NCBI RefSeq assembly: GCF_006345805.1
Contig: NW_021832847.1
Location: 27,263 to 91,262 of the forward strand
Direction of reading: 5' to 3'
Source of the DNA: Octopus sinensis
Taxonomy: Eukaryota
DNA length: 64,000 nt
A program made the position numbers and the translations under genes. The notes below the pieces were generated by a model that was not told the DNA's origin, did not search any database, and saw only the letters and a program-made list of their open reading frames with translations. Positions 21,819-34,612 of the stretch are shown in pieces. Position 1 is the first letter of the stretch, and the number at the start of each line of letters is the position of its first letter.

Positions 21819-22008
21819 CAATATCTATGGCAATGCGCTGCGCATTCTTCAGATTCTTGAAGACTTTCTCGGATGGCAACTCAATTGGTTTGGTTTGTAC
21901 GGATTCTTCCTGTCTTTGCAACCATGACGACGATGACGACGTTGATGATGCTACTGATGATGATGATGATTCTGCGTTCCCATTGTTATCCTTTTCGTTA
22001 GCTGACAT
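21819..22008 (-). CDS. PANK4: Pantothenate kinase 4, first coding exon (MSANEK...NLKNAQRIAIDI/G)
   Basis: ATG at 22008. The translation matches the PANK4 N-terminus (IELPSEKVFKNLKNAQRIAIDIG vs [21 protein letters not shown]). GTAAGT donor at 21818-21813; 190 nt, phase 1. Confidence 0.93.
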
Positions 22009-22036
22009 CTTCGTAGATGACTGAAGAGAAAAAGGA
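22009..22036 (-). other. Splice acceptor and 12-nt 5'UTR upstream of the PANK4 ATG
   Basis: The minus strand reads tcctttttctcttcag|tcatctacgaagATG, implying an upstream non-coding exon. Confidence 0.7.
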
Positions 22037-22049
22037 TTTTAGTGTGTGT

Positions 22050-23375
22050 GTGTATATATATATATTACTCTTTTACTTGTTTCAGTCATTTGCCTATGGC
22101 CATGCTGGAGCACCACCTTTAGTCGAGCATATCAACCCTGGGACTTATTCTTTGAAAGCCCAGTACTTATTCTATCAGTCTCTTTTGCCAAACCGCTAAG
22201 TAACGGGGACATAAACACACCAGCATCGGTTGTCAAGCAATGCTAGGGGGACAAACACAGACACACAAACACATACACACACACACATATATATATATAT
22301 ACATATATACAACAGGCTTCTTTCAGTTTCCGTCTACCAAATCCACTCACAAGGCATTGGTCGGCCCGGGGCTATAGCAGAAGACACTTGCCAAAGATGC
22401 CACACAGTGGGACTGAACCCGGAACCATGTGGTTGGTTAGCAAGCTACTTACCACACAGCCACTCCTGCGCCTATATCTATATATATATATATATGTAGG
22501 ATAAAATTTTTTCGAAAAAATTCTTTTCCAAAAAAATTTTATCAATGGCCAGCATATTAAAAAATACCTTTAAAGGTTAAAATTATAAACAATTCATAAA
22601 TAAGGGCAAACGAAAAAATTTCTAATGCCAAATATGCCGAAAAATTAACCATATAACTTTTTCACAATACGCACACTATTCGATAAAAGGTGGACAGAAA
22701 TTTCTAAAAAATTCCATTATTACCATATCGAACCGATTTCAGGGCTAGCTTATAACAGCCCTCCCTTCATCAGTGATACATGTGGCAAAAGAAATAAATG
22801 AGATACTTACTCATACCCATGGAAGAAGCAAACACTAAGTCATGAGCACAATTAAGTACCCCAAATATATCCAAAATAGAAATACTCTAGCCCATTCGAG
22901 ATACGTGCGATTTGAACTGATGCTCTCTCACAGAGTGAAAGAGTCCGGAAGTGAACGCTTAAATTTATATCTAATGTAGGATAAAATTTTTTCGAAAAAA
23001 ATTCTTTTCCAAAAAAATTTTATCAATGGCCAGCATATTAAAAAATACCTTTAAAGGTTAAAATTATAAGCACTTCATAAATAAGGGCAAACGAAAAAAT
23101 TTTTAATGCCAAATATGCCGAAAAATTGGACATATTGTCCATTAACCATGGGTATGAGTACGTAACTCATTTATTTCTTTTGCCACATGTATCACTGACG
23201 AAGGGAGGGCTGTTATAAGCTAACCCTGAAATCGGTCCGATATGGCAATAATGGAATTTTAGAAATTTTTTCGAGTAGCGTGCGTATTGTGAAAAAATTA
23301 TATGATTAATGGACAATATGTCCAATTTTTCGGCATATTTGGCATTGGAAATTTTTTCCTTTGCCCTCATTTATG

Positions 23376-23411
<36 letters not shown>

Positions 23412-25814
23412 ATAATAACAAAGGGTAAAATTAATTAATTAAGAAGTAATCAATAATTTCACCGAGTAGAATTCGGCATGAAATAAGGACCATTTCATGG
23501 TAAACTTAAGTAATATTTAATAATTAGGGTTCAGCAAAGATTTGCTTTACCACATACCGAAGTTTAGAAATAGCAGCCAAAAAACGTTAGCTATTTCTTC
23601 TACTTTAAAAAGGGACCCCCAGAAAAATGAAAACTATATATATATATATATATATACTCTCTCTTTTTTACTCTTTTACTTGTTTTAGTCATTTGACTGC
23701 GGCCATGCTGGACCACCACCTTTAGTTGAGCAAATCGACCCCAGGACTTATTTTTTTGTAAGCCCAGTACTTATTCTATCGGTCTCTTTTGCCGAACCGC
23801 TAAGTGACAGGGACATAAACACACCAGCATCGGTTGTCAAGCAATGCTAGGGGAACAAACACAGACACACAAACACACACACACATATATATATATACAT
23901 ATATACGACAGGCTTCTTTCAGTTTCTGTCTACCAAATCCACTCACAAGGCTTTGGTTGGCCCGAGGCTATAGTAGAAGACAATTGCCCAAGGTGTCATG
24001 CAGTGGGACTGAACCCGGAACCATGTGGTTGGTAAGCAAGCTACTTACCACACAGCCACTCCTGCGCCTATATGCACACAGCCACTCCTATGCTTATAGG
24101 CACACAGCCACTCCTATGCTTATAGGCACACAGCCACTCCTATGCCTATATCTACATGTATAGATAGATACACACACACATATATGAATTTGTTTTTTGT
24201 AATCTCAGTTGCTCTAAACAAAGCTATTTAATCATCATGTGTGCACAGTGACTTGACAGGTAGTGAAAGCAATGACTTTAGATTTGATAATTCAACAATC
24301 AACGATCATTGACCCTGAAAACATTACATCAAGAAAACGTAGAATATTTAATAAGGAGTGGCTGTGTGGTAAGTAGCTTGCTAACCAACCACATGGTTCC
24401 GGGTTCAGATATATATATATACATATATACGACGGGCTTCTTTCAGTTTAAGTCTACCAAATCCACTCACAAGGCATTGGTCGGCCCGGGACTATAGCAG
24501 AAGACACTTGCCCAAGATGTCACGCAGTGGGACTGAACCTGGAACCACACAGCCACTCTTGCACCTGTTCTGTTTTTCTTTCAATTAATTTTAAATATAA
24601 CAAAGAATTTAGTAAAATAACTTCATCATCAACATCATCATCGCTTAACATCCGCTTTCCATGCTGGCATGGGTTGGACGATTGAACTATTGAACCAGAT
24701 GGCTGCACCAGGCTCCAATCTGATCTGGCAGAGTTTCTACAGCTGGATGCCCTTCCTAATGCTAACCACTCCGAGAGTGTAGTGGGTGCTTTTACGTGCC
24801 ACTGGCACAAGGGCCAGTTAGGTGATACTGGCAACGGTCACGTTCAAATGGTGCTTTTTATGTGCCACCTGCACAGGAGCCAGTCCAGTGGCACTGGCAA
24901 TGACCTCACTCGAATGTTTTTTTCACGTGCCACCAGCACAAGTGCTAGTAAGGCGACACAGGTAATGATCACGCTCAAATGGTGTTTTTAACATGCCATA
25001 GGCATGGAGGCCAGCTTGTTGCTCTGGCAACGATCACGCTTGGATGGTGCTCTTAGCGCTCCACTAGCACAGATGCTAGTCATCGAATTTGATTTTGATT
25101 TCACTTGCCTCAACAGGTCTTCACAAGCAGAGTTTAGTGTCCAGCGAAGGAAAGGCAAGCATAAGTGGACTGGTTACACCCCTGGCATAGACCACAAGGT
25201 TCTAATATAGGTCTTTCTATCTATATCATGTGAAGTTTGTGAGGTCTAGTTAAGGCTTCTTGGCTTACTAAATATATAATGAATCTGTTCCCTTAAATCT
25301 TTAAGGGACATTCTAAATTTAAACAATAGAATATATAGCCATATCTTACATCACACAGCCTCTGCTATCACCAACATTACACTTCTAATATTGCAAAAGT
25401 TGGAAGAAAAGTTGCTTAGCATTTTGTCCAGCACAGTAACAATTCCACCAGCTCACAACCTTCAGTTCACTTCCAAATTCTGACACAAGGCCAGCAATTT
25501 CAGGGCAGGGAGTAAATTGATTGCATCAACTCCACATGTCCCGTAGCGTAACTGCAGGGGTGGCACTTCATCAAAAGCAAGAAAGATGAAACTTTAAACG
25601 CTTTACTCTTTTACTTGTTTCAGTCATTTGACTGCGGCCATGCTGGAGCACCACCTTTAGTCGAGCAAATCCACCCCAGGACTTATTCTTTTGTAAGCCC
25701 AGTACTTATTCTATCGGTCTCTTTTGCCGAACCGCTAAGTTACGGGGATGTAAACACACCAGCATCGGTTATCAAGCGATGTTGGTGGGGACAAACACAG
25801 ACACACAAACATAT

Positions 25815-25859
<45 letters not shown>

Positions 25860-27074
25860 CATATACATATATACGACGGGCTTCTTTCATTTTCCGTCTA
25901 CCAAATCCACTCACAAGGCTTTGGTTGGCCCAAGGCTATAATAGAAGACACTTGCCCAAGGTACCACGTAGTGGGACTGAACCCACAACCATGTGGTTCG
26001 TAAGCAAGCTACTTACCACACAGCCACTCCTACACGTATTGTTTTTTGTTTTTTTACTACATCTCATTTCACACATTAGGGTTTTTAATGTTTCGATCAG
26101 GGAAGCTGGGGCATCAGACAGTTTAAATACGGAGGATTCGTGAAAGTAAACATTAAAAAAATACATTTTGAATTACAGGCTTTGTGCGTATTCTTTACCT
26201 TTGCCTAATAATAATATGAGTGTGTATATATTATATCTCTTTACTCTTTAACTTGTTTCAGTCATTTGACTGCGGCCATGCTGGAGCATCGCCTTTAATC
26301 GAGCAACTCGACCCCGGGGCTTATTCTTTTGTAAGCCCAGTACTTATTTTATCGTTCTCTTTTGCCGAACCGCTAAGTAACGGGGATATAAACACACCAG
26401 CATCGGTTGTCAAGCAATGCTAGGGGGACAAATACAGACACACAAACACACACACGCACACATATATACATATATACGACGGGCTTCTTTCAGTTTCCGT
26501 CTACCAAATCCACTCACAAGGCATTGGTCGGCCCAGGGCTATAGCAGAAGACACTTGCCCAAGATGCCACGCAGTGGGACTGAACCCGGAACCATGAGGT
26601 TGGTTAGCAAGCTACTTACCACACACCCACTCCTGCGCCTATATATATATATATATAATCAAAAAAGGGTAATAGCATAGATTACTACCTGTGGCCCAGC
26701 ACAAAAGACGAATTAGTCATTAGACAAAATATCATTCATACAGAAAAATATTATTCATATAGAAATATAATTAAGGGCTCCTAAATAAGGACGCCAAGTG
26801 CTAGGGACACAAAAAAGGGATAAATTCATCGAGAGTGAAAATCAAAAACATTTACCATTAACGATATATCCCGGACTGATCAGTTTCTACCTCTTTCTAG
26901 CAAAACAGACAGAATATGTTTGCTAGGGGGACAAACACAGACACACACAAACACATACACACATATATATATACATACATATATACGATAGGCTTCTTTC
27001 AGTTTCCGTCTACCAAATCCACTCACAAGGCATTGGTCGGCCCGGGCTATAGCAGAAGACACTTGCCCAAGATG

Positions 27075-27075
<1 letters not shown>
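22050..27075 (-). mobile_element. Cluster of copies of the same ~430-bp SINE, minus orientation
   Basis: Full copies at about 22055-22475, 23660-24072, 25600-26032 and 26236-26640, and a partial copy at 26920-27075. All are reverse complements of 14343-14775. Confidence 0.85.
22495..23380. repeat. Direct plus inverted (fold-back) repeat cassette
   Basis: 22495-22648 repeats at 22975-23128. 23146-23380 is the reverse complement of about 22590-22822. Confidence 0.8.
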
Positions 27076-27129
<54 letters not shown>

Positions 27130-27152
27130 ATATATTATATAATATATATATA

Positions 27153-27190
<38 letters not shown>

Positions 27191-27276
27191 ATATATATAT
27201 ATATATATATGTTATATATGTATATATATATATATTATATATATGTATATATGTATATATATATATATATATTGTA

Positions 27277-27327
<51 letters not shown>

Positions 27328-27401
27328 CTATATATATATATATGTATATATTATATATATGTATATATATATATATATAATATATATTATATATATATAT
27401 A

Positions 27402-27548
27402 CCAATTAAGGACTGCACACGAAAAGTGGACAGTCAACATGCTAGATATAGACGTCAAATCGCCATTCTCCACAAAAAGTTATATATCTAGCATAGTTGT
27501 ATATCTAGCATGTTGACTGTCCACTTTTCGTGTGCAGTCCTTAATTGG
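27402..27548. mobile_element. 147-bp palindromic MITE-like element flanked by TA
   Basis: Perfect 50-bp inverted arms at 27401-27450 and 27500-27549. Confidence 0.7.
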
Positions 27549-27635
27549 TATATATAAATATTTTAATCTTCGGATTCTTTTTTAATATGCTAGACCACTG
27601 GTTCTAATTGATAAATATCAATTTTTACCCTAAAT

Positions 27636-27668
<33 letters not shown>

Positions 27669-28609
27669 AAGTTAATCCAAACAAGAAAACACAGAAAAAA
27701 AACAGCAACGCGAGGACGAGGAACAATTAAAGTATTATTTGAAGCTCAGGAAAGAAGGGAAGGAGGGTTTAACGTTTCGACGAAGAGCTCTTCGTCGGAA
27801 ACAAGGAGAAGGAAAGATCCCAAGAAGGGAAGACAGAGGAAAAAAAATATTTTTGCTGGTGGTGCTCAAGAGATCACATTAATAATGTGTGTGTGTACAA
27901 CGGGCTTCTTTCGGTTTCCATCTACGAAATCTACTCACACACAGCCATGCCTATCTGTGTTAAGCATGTATTTACTACTACGTGTATGTATGTGTTTATC
28001 TATAGCTATGCGTATGTATGTGTCTGAACACGCATATGAACGTGTGCGAATATCTTAATGGGTATATTTATCGTATAAACATTATACAACGTTGACCATT
28101 GCGTATTTTATCTCTTCTAAGCCTATGAATATGCATCGGTATCGTTGTTGCGTATGTATATATGTCTGTTAGTAGGTCGTTAAGTGTTTATTTATAACTG
28201 CGCATGTACATGTATGAATATGTGTTCGTCTCATTATGTATTTATCTATCTAAAAAAATGTCTATACACATAGACATTAATCTGCTACAATAACTATGCC
28301 TAATGCCATGCTGGAGCACCGTTCGCATATCTCAGAATTACAGTCGTAGTCCAGTAACTCGAACAAAAGATTTGGAGAGTAAACAGCATTCATTCATATC
28401 TAGTCTAGCACCCTTCCTGTTTATTCAAAGAATAAATTCAAATTACTCAAGATTATAAATTGCTATTCTTTATTTTTCTATTTAGTAACCTTCCGTTTTA
28501 TCTATGTATCGTTCTATCTTGCTCTCATTTCCTCTACCTGTCCGTAGTTCTAGTTATCGCTGACCACCTCTACCTTTGGTTTTGTAAAGACATCCTATTG
28601 TTCTGTCCG

Positions 28610-29226
28610 TCTATCTATCTATCTACCTACCTATCTACGTACCTACCTATCTATCTACCTACGTATCTATCTATCTACCTATTTCTTTACTACCCACAAT
28701 GGGCTAAACATAGAGGGGACAAACAAGGACAGACAAAGGAATTAAGTCGATTACATCGACCCCAGTGCGTAACTGGTACCTAATTTATCGACCCCGAAAG
28801 GATGAAAGGCAAAGTCGACCTCGGGTTCTACCTATTTACCTACCTACCTATCTATCTATCTATCTATCTACCTATCTATCTATCTACCTACCTACCTACC
28901 TATCTAGCTATCTACCTACCTATCTTTCTATCTATCTATCTATATACCTACCTACCTATCTACCTATCTATCTATCTGTTTATCTATCAACCTACGTACA
29001 CACCTATCAATTTATGAATCTATCGTTCTAACAGTTTACCCCTCGATCTATATATCGGTCCACCATCAACCTATCCACCCAAATATCAATCTTTCTATAA
29101 ATATTAAGCCATCTCCTAGTTTATCTTTACCAAAACCTTGTCAGCTGGTGCGTGCACATACTCACACATGCATTATAAAACCTAGATGCACCTAAGTCCA
29201 TGCATACATCAACCTCAAAAACCAAC

Positions 29227-29261
<35 letters not shown>

Positions 29262-29986
29262 AACGTAGCAATTATTAACAACACAGGGTGGATGGCCTTA
29301 CCTGCTGGTGTAGGCGAGGTCACTGTTACGTTAAGACATGCTGGGTGGCCAAAACATCTCCTCGACACATACCGCAACAAGGATAACAGTTGGGGTAGAT
29401 ATGATGCTTGATGATAATGTTGACGATCGGTGTTGATGGTTGGTGTTGCTATTAATGTTGGTGGTGGTGGTCGTTCCGTTCCTCGAAAGGGCAGCAGAAT
29501 CGAAAGTAAAGTGTAAATATATATAAGTATATATATATGTGTGTTTGTGCGTGTGTGAATGTTACGTATATGTAAATGTATATATAAGTGTCAGTCGCCG
29601 TTAATAGTAATAATGGTAGTAAAGACTCATCAGAAGTGCTATGGTCCTGCAGTGACGACGGTACAAAGGCGAGGAAGCAGATAAATAAATAGAGAAGGAG
29701 AAAACAACAAGATGCGATCGGAGAGATGAATGGAGGTTAAATAGAGAGGAAAAAAAGTCAACGGATATTAAAAGCGAGGCTGGGTTATTCTACGGATGAC
29801 AAGCTAGGCTATAAAATGTTGATTATCAGCTTTGGATTACTCTCTCTATCTATCTAATTATCTCTCTCTCTCTCTATCTATCTCTTTATTACTCTCTCAC
29901 TCTTTCTTTCTTTCTCTCTCTCTCTGTCTCTCTCTCTATCTCTTTATTACTCTCTCCCTCTTTCTTTCTATCACTCTCTCTCACTA

Positions 29987-30017
<31 letters not shown>

Positions 30018-30078
30018 CTATCTCTGTCTCTATCTATCTCTTTATCACTCTCTCCCTCTTTCTATCACACTCTCTCTC

Positions 30079-30121
<43 letters not shown>

Positions 30122-30153
30122 CTTTATTACTCCTCCCTCTTTCTTTCTATCTC

Positions 30154-30188
<35 letters not shown>

Positions 30189-30219
30189 CTTTATTACTCC
30201 TCCCTCTTTCTTTCTATCA

Positions 30220-30252
<33 letters not shown>

Positions 30253-30420
30253 TATCTCTGTCTCTATCTATCTCTTTATCTCTCTCTCCCTCTTTCTTTC
30301 TATCACTCTCTCTATCTATCTATCTATCTATCTCTATCTCTATCTATTTCTTTATCACTCTCTCCCTCTTTCTTTCTATCTCTCTTCCTCTTCATCTCCT
30401 TCTTTCTGTTATTCTCTCTC
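28610..30420. repeat. (CTAT/CTAC)n and (CT)n microsatellite tracts
   Basis: Tracts at 28610-29010 and 29840-30420. Confidence 0.9.
29302..29800 (-). promoter_or_regulatory. Candidate PANK4 non-coding first exon and promoter region
   Basis: CAG|GTAAGG donor at 29302/29301 on the minus strand, in unique, relatively CpG-rich sequence. The frame joining to the ATG exon has a stop. Right boundary is a guess. Confidence 0.35.
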
Positions 30421-30804
30421 CCTTTCTCTTTATCATTCTTTTTCCCCTTTATTTTTTCTCTTCATCTTCTTCTTTACTTGTTTCGGTCAGTGAACTGTGG
30501 CCGTGCTGGGCCACTCCCTTGAAATCGATACCCAATAAATATTTTCTTTCTTTTATTTCAAAAGTCTGATACATATCCAATTAGTTTCTTTTCTACCAAA
30601 CTGCTAAATTACAAGGGACGTAAACAAATCACCACCGGTTGTCAGTTGCGTAAACTAACACAAATAAAAGCATGCACGTACACACACACACACACACACA
30701 CACACATACTATACATATACATACATTCATATATCGTCATCTTCATTTCAATGTCCCCTTTTTCATGCTTGCATGGAATGTAAGCAATTAAAAGAAAACC
30801 TCAC

Positions 30805-31423
30805 GGATCTTTACCTTTTGACCGACAGATTTAGAAAATAATTTTTTGTAACTAAACACTTTCAAACTTCGTATACTGGTAGAATGTGTCATATAAAACA
30901 TCTTTTACTCTTAGCGTTTTTGAGAAAACTTTATATTTACGAAGTTATTTCATGTTAAAGTTGTCGTATTTCGGTAATTTCAACCAATCAATGACGTGTA
31001 TTCAGCTGAATAAAATTACTGACGTTGTTTGTCAACAACAACTATCGGTGGTGTATATTTCATTTGTCACTGTTATTTATGACATTGTTTGTACTGGTTT
31101 TGGATCTTTTCTTTTTGAAAGCCAGATTTTCCTAGTTAACTAAACAATTTGAAACTTCGTATACTGGTAGAATGTGTCAAAAGAAAACATTATTGTAAAC
31201 CAAAATGAAAACGGAATTGTAATTTCTAAGTTTAACGTTGTTTAATAATTCGAATTTTAACCAATGATATTCTTTCTTTCGGCCTCATATTATTTGCTGC
31301 CTCTCAAAATATTGTTACTGTGGCGTAAACAGCTATTTTGTGACGTAGTTAACGTAAACATGTAAATAGCTAACTAAAATAGCTAACTAGATCCTAAATA
31401 GCTACACACACATGTATACAAAC

Positions 31424-31468
<45 letters not shown>

Positions 31469-32265
31469 ATTATATATATATATATATATTATATATATAT
31501 ATATACACCTATACACACATATTCTAATGCATATGCATATATGTGTATATATTTATAATGTGTGTGTATTATAGATGCATACATTATATATATATATATA
31601 TTATATATATATAGATATATATATATATATAAAAGATGTTTACATACAATATATATATGTTATATACATCTACATGTATATGTATGTATGAATATATAAG
31701 AACCACAGAATTTGAATCAAACTGTTTTGATCCAAACATACACACACACACACACCAACACTACAATCCATGAGACATCCTAACATAATCAATGCTACTA
31801 CTACTACTATCATCATCATTATCATCATCATCCACTGCCGCCACCACCACCACCACCTCTACAAAAACACCAACACTATAATTGCTGCCATCATACACAT
31901 CCACTGTCACCACTACCACCACTGCCATGATAACCACATCTACCACAGCTGTTTGCTTACTGCTTACCCACTCACAAAATAGCTATCTACGTCACATTAA
32001 CACTATGTAGCTAATAATTTCAAATGAAAACAGACAATATGATTGGCTAAGGATAGAATAAGTACTGGGCTTACAAAAAGAATAAGTCCCGGGGTCGAGT
32101 TGCTCGATTAAAGGCGATGCTCCAGCATGACCGCGGTCAAGAGTAACATTAAAAGTAAAATATGTTTTATATGACACATTAGGGTTAGGGTTAGTGTCCG
32201 AAGGTTGAAAGTGTTTAGTTACAAAAAATATATTTCTCGATCTGCCGTTGAAAGGGTAAAGATCC
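30805..32265. mobile_element. Non-autonomous element with ~110-bp imperfect inverted termini, filled with simple repeats and a SINE piece
   Basis: GGATCTTTACC...GTAACTAAACACTTTCAA...ATGTGTCATATAAAACAT (30805-30915) is inverted at 32145-32265; a partial direct copy lies near 31125-31190. Confidence 0.55.
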
Positions 32266-32518
32266 CTTATATTATTTATTTAAACCCTTTACAAACTAGA
32301 AGGGTTATGGGTCAAGAGGAAAATACATCAATCAAATATTGGGAAGGCCATCGGTTGAATAAAACAACATTGTTCCTCAACAGAACAATAAGGCTCTATA
32401 GTTAGGGGAAATTTACCCATTCAGTTTCAAAACACAGGTGGAGCCAAAAGAGGTCTCTACACATACATACGTATACACACACACACATACATACATACAT
32501 ATATCCAGACAACTTCAG

Positions 32519-32562
<44 letters not shown>

Positions 32563-32592
32563 ATATATATATATATATTATATATATATGTA

Positions 32593-33814
32593 CTAGCAGA
32601 ATTGCCCGGCGTTGTTCGGGGCTGAATTGCTTGAAAGTACTGTTAATGATTGCACTGAATTATGATGATTATTTAGGCAAATATTGATATAAGTTTACGG
32701 TGGGAGATAAGGACTTAACGATCAAACGTGTGCCATTGCATTGTTTTGCGGGAACCAAATTTCTGATGAGCATTATAGTGGCACCAACTTTAAGTGTGAG
32801 AAGTGTGGTGGTAGTTCGGGGTGCTCAAAGGAATTGAGTACCTCTATTGGATAGTTGATGACGTCCTCTGGGTCAGGAGTTGTATCGATAGACTGATATA
32901 CATAGACTTCCCCAGGAATGAGTTTTAGCATTTCATCATTAATATGGTGAACAGTTTTATTCCTCGGGGCCAGTATAGCCTTTTTGCCAATCCAATCCAT
33001 ATTCTGATAATTAGCTTGTAGATCTGGGAACACTGTATCTCTGAGATCAGGAGGCGTCTTAACAATGGTACAAATGGAATCGATGGCAATATTACCATTT
33101 TCATCCCCTGGTATTTTGCCTTCGCCAAGTGCAAGGAGGGTGTGAGGAAATGCTGCTGATGTGATATTACGTCGCATATGAGCACGCATATTGGTGTGAA
33201 GTTTGAGTGTTACTTCCCTTTTATTAAAAAAAATATGCATTAAAATGGAAAAAAATGATGGTAAATTATTTGTAAAATCGTAGACTCATCATAGACGCGC
33301 GCTAATACCCAGAAGGGCTCGATATGAATCACGACTATAAGATACCCGGTTTTGGTTAAACTGCATCGCAAAATGTGGGAGTAGTTAGGAATCTAAATCG
33401 GAGTAGACAGACACACAACCTTTCTTTTATATATAAAGATTTTCGTCCGTCCTAAAAAACTTTGTGCGGAGTGAATGGTTACCTCTATGGAAATATATAC
33501 ACACACATTATACATACATGTGTGTATAGATGAATATATAAATACATTTAAATATCTATATACACTTTTGGGCGATCTTTCTGCTACTTGGATATACTTT
33601 AGATCTTATATTCGTCCAATTCGTCCTAAATAACTTTGTATGGAGTGAATGGTTACATCTATGGAAATATATACACACACATTATACATACATGTGTGTG
33701 TCTATATACACTTTTGGACGACTGCTACTTAGAGATAACTTTAGAAGTTAGGTGATCTAGCAAAAAGGATGACCAGTTTGACTTGCTCATCCCTGTCACA
33801 CACTCACACACACG

Positions 33815-33849
<35 letters not shown>

Positions 33850-34551
33850 CCTCACACACACACAGACGCACACACAGACGCACACACACACACACACACT
33901 CACACACACGCACACACACACACACACGTTAGCTTACAATTTTATTTATATATTTGCGTGTCTATGTGTGTAAAGAGGAAGTGGGAGTAATATGCAGAGT
34001 GAAATGTTAAAATATTGAGTTTTCTCGAATTTTGTCTTAATTGGTGGTAAAATTGAAAGAAATTTTGTATGGCATGACCCAATGGAAGTACTTTGAAAAA
34101 TCATGGGTAAACTCTAATTGAAGAAATTGTGTGAGGAGTAAATCGTTATGTATTTATTTGTTTCTGTTTGCTGTGTTTTTTTTAGTAGTGGTTTAAGGTA
34201 CACTTCTCTCGTTTTATAGAAATAGTTTCACTTTAATCGTTGCACACTTGCAAAGAGAGAGGAGTAGAAATTAGAGTGATAGCGTGAGTGAATCAGATCG
34301 CTCCGTTTTTGTGTGTGTGTGTGTGCGTGTGCTCTAGCCCACAATAAGAAAAGCACTTGGCTTACACACCACAATGTGAGTTTTCTCTAAATTTTGCTTA
34401 ATTGGGGTTGAAATTTTAAAAACTGGACCTGGCATGACCCGATGCATTCTACTCTTAAAAATGCTAGGTAAATTGTAATTGAAGAAATCCTATATTGTAG
34501 ATTTCTATAAGAGACAAAGAGAGGCAGATAAAATCTGCCTTTTATAATAAG

Positions 34552-34552
<1 letters not shown>
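32593..34552 (-). mobile_element. Helitron H1 (type A, with a PIF1-like helicase fragment)
   Basis: Minus strand: 5' TC ... CCCG-hairpin-CGGG ... CTAG 3'. ORF pieces contain AILAPRNKTV..IN and LK.KVG.P.ML.RNL...CNGTRL helicase motifs (frameshifted). Confidence 0.88.
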
Positions 34553-34609
<57 letters not shown>

Positions 34610-34612
34610 ATA

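Noticed and set aside
829-22008. miR-103/107 in PANK introns
   Set aside because: No AGCAGCATTGTACAGGG-like sequence was seen; that family is hosted by vertebrate PANK1-3.
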